The notes: a model not told the origin generated them from the sequence alone. 52,272 bases of DNA from Mycoplasmatota bacterium (GCA_012727915.1 JAAYGD010000058.1:1-52272); one strand, 5' to 3'. Shown: positions 1 through 12,761, numbered from the stretch's first letter. Translations and numbers: made by a program.

Positions 1-180
1 GAAGATGAAGAAACAAGAGAAAATGTATTGCTTTCTATAGAAGAAATAAAAGATGATGTAAAAGAAGAACTGCCTCTTGTTGAAGAAAAAGTAGTTGAAG
101 AAAAAGTAGTTGAAGAAAAAGTAGTTGAAGAAGATTTAGAAATGGACTTTAGTGATATAGAAGAAGGGGGAGATGAATAA
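1..180 (+). CDS. rpoB: 3' end of an upstream CDS, most likely RNA polymerase beta subunit (partial)
   Basis: Frame 1 is open from base 1 to TAA at 178-180 and overlaps the rpoC ATG (173) by 8 nt. The tail is acidic (...[32 protein letters not shown]). Identity rests only on rpoB-rpoC synteny. Confidence 0.55.
   Translation, partial: EDEETRENVLLSIEEIKDDVKEELPLVEEKVVEEKVVEEKVVEEDLEMDFSDIEEGGDE
79..132 (+). repeat. 15-bp tandem repeat GTTGAAGAAAAAGTA, about 3.6 copies, coding (VEEKV)n
   Basis: Units read directly at 79-93, 94-108 and 109-123, with a partial unit at 124-132. Confidence 0.9.
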
Positions 181-3100
181 TATGATGGGAACTGACAAGT
201 TTGCTGGTTTAAAAATTTCAATAGCGTCTCCTGAAGATATAAAAGCTTGGTCACATGGAGAAGTAAAAAAAGCAGAAACAATAAACTATAGAACATTAAA
301 ACCCGAAAAAGATGGATTATTTTGTGAAAAAATATTTGGACCAACTAAAGATTATGAGTGTTCTTGTGGTAAATATAAAAGATTAAGATACAAAAATATT
401 ATTTGTGATAAATGTGGAGTAGAAGTTACTAAAGCTAAAGTTAGAAGAGAACGTATGGGGCACATTGAATTAGCTGCTCCAGTTTCTCATATATGGTTTT
501 TCAAAGGTACTCCTTCAAGGATGGGACTTGTTTTAGATATGTCTCCTAGAGATCTAGAAGAAGTTTTATATTTTGTTTCATATGTAGTATTAGATCCAGG
601 AATTGCGCCTTTAGAAAAAAAACAAACTCTATCTGATAAAGAATATCTAACATTTTATGAAAAATATGGAGATGCTTTTGAAGTTGGAATGGGTGCTGAA
701 GCAATAAAAAAATTACTTGAACAAGTAAATTTAGAAGAAGAAATAAATAATATAAATAAAGAGATAGAAAATTCATCTGGTCAAAGAAAAATAAGATTGG
801 CAAAGAGATTAGAAATAATGGATTCTCTTTATAAATCGGGAAATAAACCAGAATGGATGGTACTAACTTTACTACCGGTAATACCACCAGAACTTCGTCC
901 AATGATTCAAATAGATGGTGGTAGATTTGCTACAAGTGATTTAAATGATTTATATAGAAGAGTAATCAATAGAAATAATCGTTTGAAGAGATTATTAGAA
1001 TTAAATGCACCTTCTATTATTGTAAGAAACGAAAAACGTATGCTTCAAGAAGCAGTTGACGCTTTGTTTGATAATGGTAGAAGAGGAAGAAATATAACTG
1101 GTGCTTCTAATAGACCTTTAAAATCATTAAGCAGTGCATTAAAAGGAAAACAAGGAAGATTTAGACAAAATTTATTGGGAAAAAGAGTTGATTATTCTGG
1201 TCGTTCAGTAATAGTTGTTGGACCAGATTTAAAAATGTATCAATGCGGTCTTCCAAAAGAAATGGCATTAGAATTATTTAGACCACATGTTATAAAAATG
1301 TTGGTTGAAACTGAAATTGCGCACAATATAAAGAGTGCAAAGAAATTAATTGAAGCAAAAGACGATAGAGTATGGGATGTTGTAGAAGAAATAATAAAAG
1401 AACACCCAGTATTATTGAATCGCGCTCCTACATTACACAGATTAGGTATTCAAGCATTTGAACCAAAACTAGTAGATGGAAGAGCTATAAGACTTCATCC
1501 ATTAGTAACTACTGGATTTAATGCTGACTTTGACGGAGATCAAATGGCCATTCATATTCCTTTAGGAATTGAAGCGCAAGCTGAAGCAAGAATATTAATG
1601 TTAGGCTCTAACAATATTTTATCTCCTAAAAATGGAAAACCAATAGTAACCCCTACTCAAGATATGGTTTTAGGTAATTATTATATTACTATTGAAAAAG
1701 CAAATTTAGTAGGTGAAGGAAGAGTATTTAAAGATTGTAACGAAGCTTTAATGGCTTACGAAAGAGATGAAATATCATTACATACAAGAATAGTAATACC
1801 TGTATCTTCATTTAAATATAAATTATTTCCAGATAATCAAAAAGATAAATATTTAGTTACAACAGTTGGAAAAATAAAATTTAATGAAATATTACCGGAT
1901 ACTTTTCAATATATTAACGAGGCATCAACAGAAAATATAGAAAGAATGATTCCAAGTAAGTTTTTCATAGAAAAAGGGACTAATATTAAAGAGGCAATAA
2001 AAGAAATGCCATTAGTTCCTCCGTTTGCAAAAGGAGATTTAGGTAATATTATTGCTCAAGTCTTTAAAAGAAATAAAACAACGGAAACTTCAATATTCTT
2101 AGATAGATTAAAGGATTTAGGATTTAAATTTTCAACTAAAGCTGGAATTACAATTGCTGCAAGTGATGTAATGTTAAGTAAGGAAAAACCAAAAATTATT
2201 GAAGCGAGTACTGAAATGGTTACAAAAATAAACAAACAATTCCAAAAAGGTTTAATAACTGATGAAGAAAGATTAAAGAAAGTAATAGAAGTTTGGACAG
2301 ATACAAAAGATAAAATTCAAAAAGAGTTAGATGTTTATTCGAAAGAAAATATCGATAACCCATTATTCATAATGATGCGTTCTGGTGCTCGTGGTAAAAT
2401 TAGTAATTTTACTCAATTAGCGGGAATGCGTGGATTAATGGCGAAACCAAATGGTGAGTCTGTTGAAATCCCGGTTATTTCTTCATTCATTGAAGGATTA
2501 AGTGTATCTGAATTCTTTACATCAACTCATGGTGCTAGAAAAGGAAGTGCTGATACAGCTTTAAAAACTGCTGAGTCTGGATATTTAACTAGAAGATTAG
2601 TTGATGTTGTTCAAGATGTTATAGTAAGAGAAGATGATTGTGGAACTATTTCTGGAGTAGTTGTAAAAGGTATATATGACGAAAAAGAGGGTTCAACAAT
2701 AGAAGGTTTAAAAGACAGAATATCTGGAAGAGTTGCTAATAAAAAAGTTATTCATCCAGAAACTAAAGAATTAATTGTAGATAGAAATGAATTAATTACA
2801 GAAAATATTGCGGATAAAATCATTAAAGCTGGAATAGATGCTGTTGAAATAAGAACATTATTAACCTGTAAAGTTCACAATGGAGTATGCAAAAAATGTT
2901 ATGGGCTTAATTTAGCAACTGGAAACATGGTAGAAGTTGGAGAAGCTGTTGGAATAATGGCTGCTCAATCAATTGGAGAGCCAGGAACTCAATTAACAAT
3001 GAGAACATTCCATACTGGAGGTGTAGCTGGTGGAGATGATATAACACAAGGTTTACCTCGTGTTCAAGAAGTATTTGAAGCTAGAAACCCAAAAGGAAAA

Positions 3101-3814
3101 TCTACTATTTCTGAAATATCAGGAACAGTTACTAATATTGAATATGTAAATGGAAAATATAAAATTATTATTACTAGCGATGTGGAATCAAAAGAACATA
3201 TTACCTTGTATGGTTCAAAATTAATTGTAGAAAAAGGACAAAAAGTTAAAGCAGGAGACAAATTAACTGAAGGAAATATAAATCCTAAAGAGTTACTTGC
3301 CGTTACTGATCCTATTACAGTACAAGAATATATATTAAAAGAAATTCAAAAGGTATATAGAACTCAAGGTGAAGATATTGCTGATAAACATATTGAGATT
3401 ATGGCAAGAAGAATGATATCTAAAATAAAAATAATTGATTCAGGAGATTCTAATTTAATAATTGGAAAATTGGTATCGTTAAATCAATTTACTTCTGCTA
3501 ATAAAGATTTAATATTAGAAGGAAAGAGTCCTGCTGTTGGTAGACCTATATTATTAGGTATTACAAAAGCATCATTAGAAACCGAGTCGTTCTTATCTGC
3601 AGCTTCATTCCAAGAAACAACAAGAATTCTTACAGATGCTGCTATAAAAGGTAAGATAGATAAACTTGAAGGATTAAAAGAAAATGTAATAATTGGAAAA
3701 TTAATTCCTGCAGGTACTGGAGCAAAAAAATATAGAAATGTTGAGATGGATTTAGAATCTAGTTTCAAAGATGAAGAACCATTTGATGTTTTAGAAGAAA
3801 AATTGAGTGAATAA
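173..3814 (+). CDS. rpoC: DNA-directed RNA polymerase subunit beta'
   Basis: 1213 aa. Zinc-binding CSCGKY...CDKCGVEV is present, as is the catalytic NADFDGDQM motif. Similarity looks full length. Confidence 0.97.
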   Translation: MNNMMGTDKFAGLKISIASPEDIKAWSHGEVKKAETINYRTLKPEKDGLFCEKIFGPTKDYECSCGKYKRLRYKNIICDKCGVEVTKAKVRRERMGHIELAAPVSHIWFFKGTPSRMGLVLDMSPRDLEEVLYFVSYVVLDPGIAPLEKKQTLSDKEYLTFYEKYGDAFEVGMGAEAIKKLLEQVNLEEEINNINKEIENSSGQRKIRLAKRLEIMDSLYKSGNKPEWMVLTLLPVIPPELRPMIQIDGGRFATSDLNDLYRRVINRNNRLKRLLELNAPSIIVRNEKRMLQEAVDALFDNGRRGRNITGASNRPLKSLSSALKGKQGRFRQNLLGKRVDYSGRSVIVVGPDLKMYQCGLPKEMALELFRPHVIKMLVETEIAHNIKSAKKLIEAKDDRVWDVVEEIIKEHPVLLNRAPTLHRLGIQAFEPKLVDGRAIRLHPLVTTGFNADFDGDQMAIHIPLGIEAQAEARILMLGSNNILSPKNGKPIVTPTQDMVLGNYYITIEKANLVGEGRVFKDCNEALMAYERDEISLHTRIVIPVSSFKYKLFPDNQKDKYLVTTVGKIKFNEILPDTFQYINEASTENIERMIPSKFFIEKGTNIKEAIKEMPLVPPFAKGDLGNIIAQVFKRNKTTETSIFLDRLKDLGFKFSTKAGITIAASDVMLSKEKPKIIEASTEMVTKINKQFQKGLITDEERLKKVIEVWTDTKDKIQKELDVYSKENIDNPLFIMMRSGARGKISNFTQLAGMRGLMAKPNGESVEIPVISSFIEGLSVSEFFTSTHGARKGSADTALKTAESGYLTRRLVDVVQDVIVREDDCGTISGVVVKGIYDEKEGSTIEGLKDRISGRVANKKVIHPETKELIVDRNELITENIADKIIKAGIDAVEIRTLLTCKVHNGVCKKCYGLNLATGNMVEVGEAVGIMAAQSIGEPGTQLTMRTFHTGGVAGGDDITQGLPRVQEVFEARNPKGKSTISEISGTVTNIEYVNGKYKIIITSDVESKEHITLYGSKLIVEKGQKVKAGDKLTEGNINPKELLAVTDPITVQEYILKEIQKVYRTQGEDIADKHIEIMARRMISKIKIIDSGDSNLIIGKLVSLNQFTSANKDLILEGKSPAVGRPILLGITKASLETESFLSAASFQETTRILTDAAIKGKIDKLEGLKENVIIGKLIPAGTGAKKYRNVEMDLESSFKDEEPFDVLEEKLSE

Positions 3815-3835
3815 ACCACTATTGTGGTTTTTTTC
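3813..3835 (+). terminator. rho-independent terminator after rpoC
   Basis: Stem AAACCAC / GTGGTTT with loop TATT, followed by a T-run. Confidence 0.6.
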
Positions 3836-3898
3836 ATATAATGCTTGAAATAGATTTGAGCAGATGTTAATATTAAATCTAGAATAGAGGGGAAATAT

Positions 3899-5224
3899 AT
3901 GAATGAAGTTTATGATTATTTATTAAAAAAATTAAATTTGAAGGATAATGATTATGTAGTTATTGGTGTTTCTGGTGGTCCAGATTCTATGGCTCTTTTA
4001 AATTTATTGATAGAATTAAGAGAAGAAATACAAATAAATATAGTTTGTTCTCATATAAATCATAATATTAGAACAGAAAGTGAATATGAAGCAAATTTTA
4101 TTAAAGATTATTGTAAGTTAAATAATATAATATTTGAGTTTATGAAAATAGAAGCTTATGGTGATGATAATTTTCATAATGAAGCTAGAACAAAAAGATA
4201 CGATTTTTTCGAAAAAAATGTTAAAAAATATAAGGCAAAATATTTGTTAACTGCTCATCATGCTGATGATTTAATTGAAACTATATTAATGAGAATAACT
4301 AGAGGTTCATCATTAAAAGGATATAGTGGTTTTCAAAAAGAAATAGAGTTTAATGAATATAAATTAATAAGACCCTTATATTCAGTGACAAAAAATGAAA
4401 TATTAAAATATAATAAAGATAAAAAAATAAAATATGTGGTAGATTTATCTAACGATAAAGATAAATATACAAGAAATAGATATAGAAAAAATATATTACC
4501 TTTTTTAAAGAAAGAAGACCCAAATGTTCATCAAAAATTTGAAAAATTTTCAAAAACTCTATTAGAATATAATGATTATATTGAAAAACAAGCAAAAAAA
4601 GAATTAAAAGATGTATATGCTCAAAAAATATTAAATATTACAAAATATTTAAAATTAGAGGAGATTATTCAAAAAAAGATAATAAATCAAATATTGGAAT
4701 CAATTTATCATGATGATTTGATGTTAATAAGCGATACTCATGTAGAGCTAATACAACGATTAATATCAACTAATAAATCTAATAGTTATATTCACTTACC
4801 TAATGATATATGCGTTATAAAAAGTTATAATAATATTTTTATAAAAAAAGAAGAAAGTGAAATAAATGATTATGAGATTGAATTATCTAAATTTATAAAT
4901 TTACCTAATGGTAAAAATATAGAAATAGTGGAAGAATCAACAAGTACTACTAATTATATCTGTAGATTAAATACCGAAGAAATTAAAATGCCATTATATG
5001 TTAGAAATAGAAAAAATGGTGATAAGATAAAAATTAAGAATATGTTAGGAAGCAAAAAAATAAAAGATATATTTATAGATGAAAAAATTCCAGTTGAAGA
5101 AAGAGATAAATGGCCAATAGTATTAGATTCTTCTGATACTATTGTATGGATTCCAGGAATAAAAAAATCTATTTATGATAAAAATAAAAAAGAAAAATAT
5201 GATATAATAATCAAGTACTATTAA
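3899..5224 (+). CDS. tilS: tRNA(Ile)-lysidine synthase
   Basis: N-terminal PP-loop motif VSGGPDS. Length is 441 aa and the gene sits directly upstream of ftsH, as is common in Bacillota. Confidence 0.88.
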   Translation: MNEVYDYLLKKLNLKDNDYVVIGVSGGPDSMALLNLLIELREEIQINIVCSHINHNIRTESEYEANFIKDYCKLNNIIFEFMKIEAYGDDNFHNEARTKRYDFFEKNVKKYKAKYLLTAHHADDLIETILMRITRGSSLKGYSGFQKEIEFNEYKLIRPLYSVTKNEILKYNKDKKIKYVVDLSNDKDKYTRNRYRKNILPFLKKEDPNVHQKFEKFSKTLLEYNDYIEKQAKKELKDVYAQKILNITKYLKLEEIIQKKIINQILESIYHDDLMLISDTHVELIQRLISTNKSNSYIHLPNDICVIKSYNNIFIKKEESEINDYEIELSKFINLPNGKNIEIVEESTSTTNYICRLNTEEIKMPLYVRNRKNGDKIKIKNMLGSKKIKDIFIDEKIPVEERDKWPIVLDSSDTIVWIPGIKKSIYDKNKKEKYDIIIKYY

Positions 5225-5242
5225 AGTACATTGGGAGGAAGA

Positions 5243-7093
5243 ATGAAATACAGCAAAGAACAAAGAAAAGCAATGGCACCATACTTATTGGTGGGAATAT
5301 TTTTGATATTATTATTATTGTTTTCAAATATATTTAATAATAAAGTAAATATATTAACTTATGATGAATTTAGCAATAAATTGGATGATGGAGAAGTAAT
5401 AGAATTAACTATCATTCCAAGAGATTCTGCTAAAATATATGAATTGGTTGGTAAATTAGATAGTTACGAAGAAAACGAAACGTTTTCAACTAAGGCTCCT
5501 TTATCAGAAAGTGTAATAAATAAAATATTAACTTTAGATAAAGATTTTAAAATTGAAGCTAAATCAGATCCTGAATCAGGAACATTTTGGGTATTAATTA
5601 TTAATGTTTTACCTATTTTGTTATTAGTTGGAGTTACTTTTTATTTCTTTTCTAAACAAGTTGGTGGCGGGGGAAATAAATCATTTGATTTTGGAAAGAG
5701 CAAAGCAAAACTAAATCAAGATTCTAATAAGACAACTTTTAATGAGGTTGCAGGTCTTGATGAGGAAAAAGAAGAAGTTGGAGAATTAATTGATTTCTTA
5801 AAAAATCCAAAGAAATTTCAAAAAATGGGTGCCAGAATTCCCAAAGGAGTTTTATTGGTGGGCCCTCCAGGAACAGGGAAAACTCTATTAGCAAAAGCTG
5901 TAGCAGGCGAAGCGGCTGTACCATTTTATTTTATTAGTGGTTCTGATTTTGTAGAGTTATTCGTGGGTATTGGAGCATCCCGTGTTAGAGATATGTTTAA
6001 AGAAGCTAAACAAAATGCACCTTGTTTAATTTTTATTGATGAAATTGATGCAGTGGGAAGGCAAAGAGGAACTGGTTTGGGTGGAGGACATGATGAAAGA
6101 GAACAAACATTAAATCAGTTACTAACTGAAATGGATGGATTTGGCGCTAACGAAGGAATAATTATTATTGCGGCTACTAATAGACCAGATGTTTTAGATC
6201 CTGCATTATTAAGACCGGGAAGATTTGATAGACAAATAGTTGTTAACTTTCCTGATGCTAAAGGTAGAGAAGAAATATTAAATGTTCATGCTAAAAATAA
6301 AACTTTAGCAAACTCTGTTAACTTGAAAAATCTTGCGAAAAGAACAGTTGGATTTAGTGGGGCGGATTTAGAGAACTTATTAAATGAAGCTGCATTATTA
6401 ACTGTTAGGAGAAATAAACAAGCAATAACAATGTCTGAAATAGATGAAGCAACCGATAGAGTATTAATGGGACCTGCTAAAAAGAGCAGGAAATACACTG
6501 AAAACGACAAAAGATTGACGGCATATCATGAAGCGGGTCACGTTGTAATGGGGTTGAAATTAAGTGATGCTAACGATGTCCAAAAAGTAACCATAATTCC
6601 TAGAGGATATGCTGGTGGTTATACTATAATGGGGCCAAAAGAAGAAAGATTTACAATGACTAAAAACGAGATAATTGAAAGAATTACGGGTTTATTAGGT
6701 GGAAGAGTTGCGGAAGAAGTAGAATTTAAAGAAATAACAACTGGTGCTCAAGATGATTTATCTAAAGCAACAAAACTTGCTAGAGCAATGGTAACTGAAT
6801 ATGGAATGAGTGATTTGGGATTGTTACATTTAGAACAACAAGATGAAGGTGTTTTCTTAGGAAGAGATTATAATAAATCAAGAAACTTCTCAAATGAAAT
6901 AGCGCATGAAATTGATAAAGAAATGAGAAAAATAATAGATCTTTGTCATGACAATGCTCTAAAAATAATGAAATCAAATAAAAAGCTATTGGATTTAATA
7001 GCAAATACATTACTTGAAAAAGAAACACTGACAAAAGAAGAAATAGATTATTTGGTAGAACACGAATCCTTAGAAGGATACGAAGAAAAATAA
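5243..7093 (+). CDS. ftsH: ATP-dependent zinc metalloprotease FtsH
   Basis: Walker A GPPGTGKT, the AAA second region of homology, and zinc motif HEAGH. ATG 5243 is preferred over the track's TTG 5231 because 5231 lies inside the GGGAGG ribosome-binding site. Confidence 0.95.
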   Translation: MKYSKEQRKAMAPYLLVGIFLILLLLFSNIFNNKVNILTYDEFSNKLDDGEVIELTIIPRDSAKIYELVGKLDSYEENETFSTKAPLSESVINKILTLDKDFKIEAKSDPESGTFWVLIINVLPILLLVGVTFYFFSKQVGGGGNKSFDFGKSKAKLNQDSNKTTFNEVAGLDEEKEEVGELIDFLKNPKKFQKMGARIPKGVLLVGPPGTGKTLLAKAVAGEAAVPFYFISGSDFVELFVGIGASRVRDMFKEAKQNAPCLIFIDEIDAVGRQRGTGLGGGHDEREQTLNQLLTEMDGFGANEGIIIIAATNRPDVLDPALLRPGRFDRQIVVNFPDAKGREEILNVHAKNKTLANSVNLKNLAKRTVGFSGADLENLLNEAALLTVRRNKQAITMSEIDEATDRVLMGPAKKSRKYTENDKRLTAYHEAGHVVMGLKLSDANDVQKVTIIPRGYAGGYTIMGPKEERFTMTKNEIIERITGLLGGRVAEEVEFKEITTGAQDDLSKATKLARAMVTEYGMSDLGLLHLEQQDEGVFLGRDYNKSRNFSNEIAHEIDKEMRKIIDLCHDNALKIMKSNKKLLDLIANTLLEKETLTKEEIDYLVEHESLEGYEEK

Positions 7094-7118
7094 GATAAGT
7101 AAAAACTTATCTTTTTTA
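7093..7118 (+). terminator. rho-independent terminator after ftsH
   Basis: Stem AGATAAGT / ACTTATCT followed by a T-run. Confidence 0.55.
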
Positions 7119-7127
7119 TTATAAGTA

Positions 7128-7156
7128 TTGACTGTTTTATATTTTAATGTTATATT
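7128..7156 (+). promoter_or_regulatory. sigma-A type promoter for the rpsL-rpsG-fusA(-tuf) operon
   Basis: TTGACT (7128-7133), a 17-nt spacer ending in TGt, then TATATT (7151-7156). Confidence 0.5.
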
Positions 7157-7245
7157 TAATAACGTTAGTTTTGAGTAATCAAAACTTATATTTAGATAAA
7201 TAATGAAACACCTGGATATGTGTTTTAAAGAAAGGAGAAATTACA

Positions 7246-7662
7246 ATGCCTACAATTAATCAATTAGTAAGAAAAAGAAGAACAAATAAAGTTACTAAAA
7301 GTAAAGCTCCAGCACTTGAAAAAGGATATAATTCTTTAACAAGAAGAGAAACAAAATTGCAAGCTCCTCAAAAACGTGGAGTATGTACTCGTGTTGGAAC
7401 TATGACTCCAAAGAAACCTAACTCAGCATTAAGAAAATATGCAAAGGTTCGTTTAAGTAATGGAATGGAAGTAACTTGTTATATCCCTGGAGAAGGGCAT
7501 AATCTTCAAGAACATAGCGTAGTAATGATTCGTGGTGGACGTGTACCAGATTTAATTGGTGTTCGTTATCACATAATTAGAGGAACATTAGATACAGCTG
7601 GAGTTCAAAATCGTAAACAAGGTCGTTCTAAATATGGAACAAAAAGACCAAAATCTAAATAG
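7246..7662 (+). CDS. rpsL: 30S ribosomal protein S12
   Basis: Aligns end to end with E. coli and B. subtilis S12 ([18 protein letters not shown]). Note the RVPDLIG variant described in the findings. Confidence 0.97.
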   Translation: MPTINQLVRKRRTNKVTKSKAPALEKGYNSLTRRETKLQAPQKRGVCTRVGTMTPKKPNSALRKYAKVRLSNGMEVTCYIPGEGHNLQEHSVVMIRGGRVPDLIGVRYHIIRGTLDTAGVQNRKQGRSKYGTKRPKSK

Positions 7663-7677
7663 AAAGGAGACTAAATA

Positions 7678-8145
7678 ATGCGTAAGAAAAGAGCGGTTAA
7701 AAGAGATGTGCTTCAAGATCCTTTATATAATTCTAAAGTTGTAACTAAGTTAATCAATAGAATTATGTATGATGGAAAAAGAGGAAAATCTCAAACAATA
7801 TTATATGATGCTTTTGAATTAATAAAAAAGCAAACAGGACAAGAACCAATGGAAGTGTTTAATAAAGCACTAGAAAATATAAAACCAGCTTTAGAAGTTA
7901 AATCAAGAAGAGTTGGAGGCGCAAATTATCAAGTGCCTACTGAAGTATCTGATGATAGATCTCAAGCTTTAGGACTTCGTTGGTTGGTACAATATGCAAG
8001 ACTTAGAGGTGGCAAATTAATGTCAGAAAAACTTGCAAATGAAATAATAGATGCATCAAATGGAACAGGTGGTGCAGTTAAGAAAAAAGAAGATACTCAT
8101 AGAATGGCAGAAGCTAATAAGGCATTTGCTCATTATCGTTGGTAG
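7678..8145 (+). CDS. rpsG: 30S ribosomal protein S7
   Basis: 155 aa with typical S7 sequence, in str-operon position. Confidence 0.97.
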   Translation: MRKKRAVKRDVLQDPLYNSKVVTKLINRIMYDGKRGKSQTILYDAFELIKKQTGQEPMEVFNKALENIKPALEVKSRRVGGANYQVPTEVSDDRSQALGLRWLVQYARLRGGKLMSEKLANEIIDASNGTGGAVKKKEDTHRMAEANKAFAHYRW

Positions 8146-8157
8146 AAAGGATTATTT

Positions 8158-10230
8158 ATGGCAAGAGAATATTCGTTAGAAAAAACTAGAAATATTGGAA
8201 TTATGGCTCACATTGATGCCGGAAAGACTACTTTCACCGAAAGAATATTATTTCATACTGGTAAAATTCATAAGTTAGGAGAAACACATGATGGTGCTTC
8301 TCAAATGGACTGGATGGATCAAGAAAAAGAAAGAGGCATTACTATTACATCTGCTTCTACTACATCTTATTGGAAAAATCATCGTCTTAATGTTATTGAT
8401 ACACCAGGGCATGTTGATTTTACAATAGAAGTAACTAGAAGTTTAAGAGTATTAGATGGTGCAGTAGCATTATTAGATGCAAATGCTGGAGTTGAACCTC
8501 AAACCGAAAACGTTTGGAGACAAGCTACAGATATGAAGGTACCAAGATTAGTGTTTGTAAATAAAATGGATAAAATGGGAGCTGACTTTTATGCTAGTGT
8601 AAAAAGTATAAAGGATAGATTAGGAGTAAAAGCTTACCCTATTCAACTTCCAATTGGTTCTGAAGATAACTTTAATGGAGTTATTGATATTATAGAAAGA
8701 AAAGCATATCACTATGATGGTAAACCCGAAGAAGTAGCTATTGAAGTTGAAATTCCATCTGATATGAAGGAAAAGGTTGAAGAATATAGAACATTATTAG
8801 TTGAAGCAGTAGCAGAATTTAATGATGAATTAATGGAAAAATATTTAGAAGGTAAAGAGATAACAATTCAAGAAATTAAAAAAGCAATTAGAAGCGGAGT
8901 TACCGATGTTAAGTTTTTCCCAGTAATGTGTGGAACTGCATTAAACAATATGGGAGTCAAATTAGCACTTGATGCAATAGTTGATTATTTACCAAGCCCT
9001 ATAGACGTAGAAGCTTTTAAATGTATAACAATGGATGGCGAAGAAACCGAAAGACATCCTTCTGATTCTGAACCTTTTGCAGCAATGGTATTTAAAATAA
9101 TGGCTGATCCATTTGTTGGTAAATTATCTTTCTTTAGAGTTTATTCTGGAACGCTTAAAAGTGGTTCATATGTATTAAATTCTAATAAAGATGAAAAGGA
9201 AAGAGTAGGAAGAATTCTTCAAATGCACGCGAATAATAGAACTGAAATAAGTGAAGTATTTGCTGGAGAAATAGCGGCAGCAGTTGGATTAAAAGTCACT
9301 ACAACAGGAGAAACATTATGTGATGAAAAGAAAGCTGTAATTTTAGATCCAATGAAATTTCCTGAACCAGTAATATCTGTTGCAATCGAACCAAAATCAA
9401 AAGCTGATCAAGAAAAGATGGGAATAGCATTATCAAAATTGGCGGAAGAAGATCCATCATTTAATCAAAAATCAGATTCTGAAACTGGTCAAATAGTAAT
9501 ATCTGGAATGGGAGAATTACATCTAGATGTATTAGTTGATAGAATGAGAAGAGAATTTGGAGTTGAAGCAACAGTTGGTAAACCCCAAGTTGCATATAGA
9601 GAAACAATCACTCAAGCAGGAGATTGTGAAGGAAAATATATTAAACAATCTGGTGGTAGAGGACAATATGGACATGTATGGATTAAGTTTGAGCCTAATC
9701 CAGAAAAAGGTTATGAATTTGTTGATTCAATAGTTGGAGGAACAGTTCCTAGGGAATATATCCCAGTAACAGATAAAGGATTACAAGAAGCTATGAAAAG
9801 TGGAGTTCTTGCGGGATATCCAATGGTTGATATTAAAGCTACTTTATTTGATGGTTCATACCATGATGTTGACTCATCAGAAATGGCATTTAAAATAGCA
9901 GCAAGTTTTGCATTAAAAGAAGCTGTTAACAAATGTAAGCCAATATTGTTAGAACCAATTATGAAACTTGAAGTAACAACTCCAGAAGAATATTTTGGAA
10001 ATATAATGGGTGACATAACTTCAAGAAGAGGAAAACCAATGTCACAAGAAACAAAAGGAAATGCAATATTATTGCAAGCAATGGTACCTTTATCAGAATT
10101 ATTTGGATATGCAACAAGTTTGCGTTCTAATTCACAAGGAAGAGCTACTCCAATAATGTTCTTTGATCATTATGAAGAAGTACCTAAAAACATTGCTGAA
10201 GAAATTATAAAGAAAAACGGGATTAAATAA
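8158..10230 (+). CDS. fusA: elongation factor G
   Basis: G-domain motifs [14 protein letters not shown] and NKMD. Length is 690 aa. Confidence 0.97.
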   Translation: MAREYSLEKTRNIGIMAHIDAGKTTFTERILFHTGKIHKLGETHDGASQMDWMDQEKERGITITSASTTSYWKNHRLNVIDTPGHVDFTIEVTRSLRVLDGAVALLDANAGVEPQTENVWRQATDMKVPRLVFVNKMDKMGADFYASVKSIKDRLGVKAYPIQLPIGSEDNFNGVIDIIERKAYHYDGKPEEVAIEVEIPSDMKEKVEEYRTLLVEAVAEFNDELMEKYLEGKEITIQEIKKAIRSGVTDVKFFPVMCGTALNNMGVKLALDAIVDYLPSPIDVEAFKCITMDGEETERHPSDSEPFAAMVFKIMADPFVGKLSFFRVYSGTLKSGSYVLNSNKDEKERVGRILQMHANNRTEISEVFAGEIAAAVGLKVTTTGETLCDEKKAVILDPMKFPEPVISVAIEPKSKADQEKMGIALSKLAEEDPSFNQKSDSETGQIVISGMGELHLDVLVDRMRREFGVEATVGKPQVAYRETITQAGDCEGKYIKQSGGRGQYGHVWIKFEPNPEKGYEFVDSIVGGTVPREYIPVTDKGLQEAMKSGVLAGYPMVDIKATLFDGSYHDVDSSEMAFKIAASFALKEAVNKCKPILLEPIMKLEVTTPEEYFGNIMGDITSRRGKPMSQETKGNAILLQAMVPLSELFGYATSLRSNSQGRATPIMFFDHYEEVPKNIAEEIIKKNGIK

Positions 10231-10304
10231 ATTCGAAAGTACTTGAAAAAAAGTCAAGTATTAGATAAAATATAATAGTAATTGAAATAAGGAGGAAATT
10301 AAAA

Positions 10305-11489
10305 ATGGCAAAAGAAAAATTTAATCGTTCAAAATCACATGTTAACATTGGAACAATAGGACATGTTGACCATGGTAAAACAACATTAACAGCAGCTATT
10401 ACATCAGTATTAGCTAAGCATGGTGGAGCTCATGCAATGAAATATGATCAAATAGATAACGCTCCAGAAGAAAAAGAACGTGGTATAACAATAAGTACTA
10501 CACACGTTGAATATGAAACTGAAAAAAGACATTATGCACACGTAGATTGTCCTGGACATGCTGACTATGTAAAAAATATGATTACAGGAGCAGCTCAAAT
10601 GGATGGAGCTATATTAGTTATAGCTGCAACAGATGGTCCAATGGCTCAAACTCGTGAACATATCTTACTTGCAAGACAAGTAGGAGTACCAAAAATGGTA
10701 GTATTCATGAACAAATGTGATATGGTAGATGATGCTGAATTATTAGATTTAGTAGAAATGGAAGTAAGAGAATTATTAAGTTCATATGGATTTGATGGTG
10801 ATAATACTCCAGTTATTCGCGGATCAGCATTAAAAGCTTTAGAAGGAGATGCTACTCAAGAAGCAGTTATAGTTGAATTAATGAAAGCTGTTGATGAATG
10901 GATTCCAACTCCAGAAAGAGATACTTCAAAACCATTCTTAATGTCTATTGAAGACGTATTTACAATAACAGGTCGTGGAACAGTAGTAACTGGACGTGTT
11001 GAACGTGGAGAATTAAAATTAAATGAAGAAGTAGAAATAGTAGGATTAAAAGATACTAAGAAAACAGTAGTTACTGGAATAGAAATGTTCCGTAAACAAT
11101 TAGATTCTGCACAAGCAGGAGATAATGCTGGTATATTACTTCGTGGAACTACTCGTGAAGAAGTAGAAAGAGGTCAAGTTCTTGCTAAACCTGGTACTGT
11201 TACTCCTCATACAAAATTTGAGGCCGAAGTATATGTACTAAGTAAAGAAGAGGGCGGACGTCATACTCCATTTATGAATAACTATAGACCACAATTTTAT
11301 TTTAGAACTACAGATGTTACTGGAGTTGTAGAATTACCTAGTGGTGTTGAAATGGTTATGCCAGGAGATAAAGTTACTATGACAGTAGAATTGATTCATC
11401 CAATAGCAATTGAAAATGGAACTAAATTTTCAATTCGTGAAGGTGGAAGAACTGTTGGTGCTGGATTAGTTACAAAGGTTATAAAATAA
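10305..11489 (+). CDS. tuf: elongation factor Tu
   Basis: Motifs [14 protein letters not shown] and NKCD. Length is 394 aa, with an AAGGAGG ribosome-binding site. Confidence 0.98.
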   Translation: MAKEKFNRSKSHVNIGTIGHVDHGKTTLTAAITSVLAKHGGAHAMKYDQIDNAPEEKERGITISTTHVEYETEKRHYAHVDCPGHADYVKNMITGAAQMDGAILVIAATDGPMAQTREHILLARQVGVPKMVVFMNKCDMVDDAELLDLVEMEVRELLSSYGFDGDNTPVIRGSALKALEGDATQEAVIVELMKAVDEWIPTPERDTSKPFLMSIEDVFTITGRGTVVTGRVERGELKLNEEVEIVGLKDTKKTVVTGIEMFRKQLDSAQAGDNAGILLRGTTREEVERGQVLAKPGTVTPHTKFEAEVYVLSKEEGGRHTPFMNNYRPQFYFRTTDVTGVVELPSGVEMVMPGDKVTMTVELIHPIAIENGTKFSIREGGRTVGAGLVTKVIK

Positions 11490-11491
11490 AT

Positions 11492-11519
11492 AAAAAACTA
11501 CATTATGTAGTTTTTTTTA
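11492..11519. terminator. bidirectional hairpin between convergent tuf and the FemAB-like gene
   Basis: AAAAAACTACAT / ATGTAGTTTTTTTT palindrome, flanked by an A-run and a T-run. Confidence 0.55.
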
Positions 11520-12761
11520 TAGTTTAATAATATCGTCTTTCTTTTTATGAGTACTTTTATATATTGAATATTTTAATTTACTTAATACTAAATCAAACTC
11601 TCCAATATATTCAACAACTCTTGCGTTAAATCCTTTATTAAATTCAAATAATGGATAATATTTGTTTTTTGGATTAAAATCTCCGGTTATTCCATTTAAG
11701 TTAAATTTTTTAAATCCAACTTTAGAAAAGCCTTCTATTAAAACCTTATTAATTAAATAATCAGTATTAAATTCGTTGTATTGCTCATTTTTTCCTTGTG
11801 CAAAGAAAAATATTTCATCACCATATTTTATAACAATAGAACCGGATAAAATCATGTCATTTTTAGAATTAAATAATGTTGTTGCCATAACAACATCTTT
11901 TTTGTATATTCCTAATAATCTATCAGATTCCATCTTCTGATTTAATAACTCAGCTCTATTATTTGTAATCAATAAATCACTATTAATTGATGAATTTTTT
12001 ATTAATTCTTTTTCATATAAATTTTTACAATTTTTTAAAAACAATTCTGGATCAATTTTAGAAAAGAAAATATCTAACATATCAAAATTTGAAAATATAT
12101 TTATTAATTTATAATAATAATTAAATTTTTTGTTTTTGGGTAAGAAATTAAATAATGTTTTCAAATCATCTTTTTTTCCTTTATATATTACAACCCCTCT
12201 TCTTTGTGCTTCTTTAATTGCTTCTAAAATCTTTTCATCAAAATAATTCACTATATTAACCGGATTCTCAATATTATCTATTATAGAATTCCATCTAGGA
12301 AGTTCATTTTCAAAATATAAATTAAAACCCGTATGTCTAAATCCTATACTACCTAGATAATTTATAATTTTTAAATTATTACCAAATTCTGGAAGAGGTT
12401 TTCCATTATTATCTCTTTTTATGTATTCTATTGGAGGATCTATTTTTAATGATATAATTCTTTTCTTTTTTAAATAATCTTTTAATAAAGAAACATACTT
12501 ATCAATCAAATCAAAATTTTCAAAATCTATTAAAAATCCTCTTGGAGAGTATGCTGTTTTAAAATTAGGGAAGACTCTTTTAACTAGTATTAAAGAAGCC
12601 GCAATGATTTTTCCATCGAAATCCATTAAAGCAAGATAAAAATCTTTATATCCATTTCTAGACATAAATTCACCATATTGTGATGTTTGATAAAAATTTC
12701 TATTTTTATGTGTTATGGCGTATTCATCAAATTGTCTTTGATTAATTTCAACTATTCTCAT
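11517..12761 (-). CDS. FemAB-family peptidoglycan interpeptide-bridge aminoacyltransferase
   Basis: 414 aa. The N-terminal pattern (FYQTSQYGEFMSRNGY...) and overall length are typical of FemX/MurM-type proteins. This is the only convincing minus-strand gene. Confidence 0.8.
   Translation of the reverse strand: MRIVEINQRQFDEYAITHKNRNFYQTSQYGEFMSRNGYKDFYLALMDFDGKIIAASLILVKRVFPNFKTAYSPRGFLIDFENFDLIDKYVSLLKDYLKKKRIISLKIDPPIEYIKRDNNGKPLPEFGNNLKIINYLGSIGFRHTGFNLYFENELPRWNSIIDNIENPVNIVNYFDEKILEAIKEAQRRGVVIYKGKKDDLKTLFNFLPKNKKFNYYYKLINIFSNFDMLDIFFSKIDPELFLKNCKNLYEKELIKNSSINSDLLITNNRAELLNQKMESDRLLGIYKKDVVMATTLFNSKNDMILSGSIVIKYGDEIFFFAQGKNEQYNEFNTDYLINKVLIEGFSKVGFKKFNLNGITGDFNPKNKYYPLFEFNKGFNARVVEYIGEFDLVLSKLKYSIYKSTHKKKDDIIKL

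Noticed and set aside
5231-5242. ORF-track N-terminal extensions: ftsH 5231, integrase 16983, 18503, 24480, ftsX 27801, giant gene 29469, lipoprotein 33929, uvrB 36865, uvrA 39466, trxB-like 43050, parA 44991, AbgT-like 46859, and TTG 25310 for prfB.
   Set aside because: In each case an internal ATG or GTG is preceded by a good Shine-Dalgarno sequence at 4-9 nt and matches the conserved protein N-terminus. The longer versions overlap upstream genes or the ribosome-binding site itself.
7204-7227. An inverted repeat AAACAC...GTGTTT just upstream of the rpsL ribosome-binding site.
   Set aside because: The stem is short (6 bp) with an 8-nt loop. It is not parS-like and I know of no leader motif there, so it may be incidental.
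10240-10260. A hairpin TACTTGA/TCAAGTA between fusA and tuf, considered as a terminator.
   Set aside because: No U-tract follows. At most it is a processing or stability element, and tuf is normally co-transcribed with fusA.
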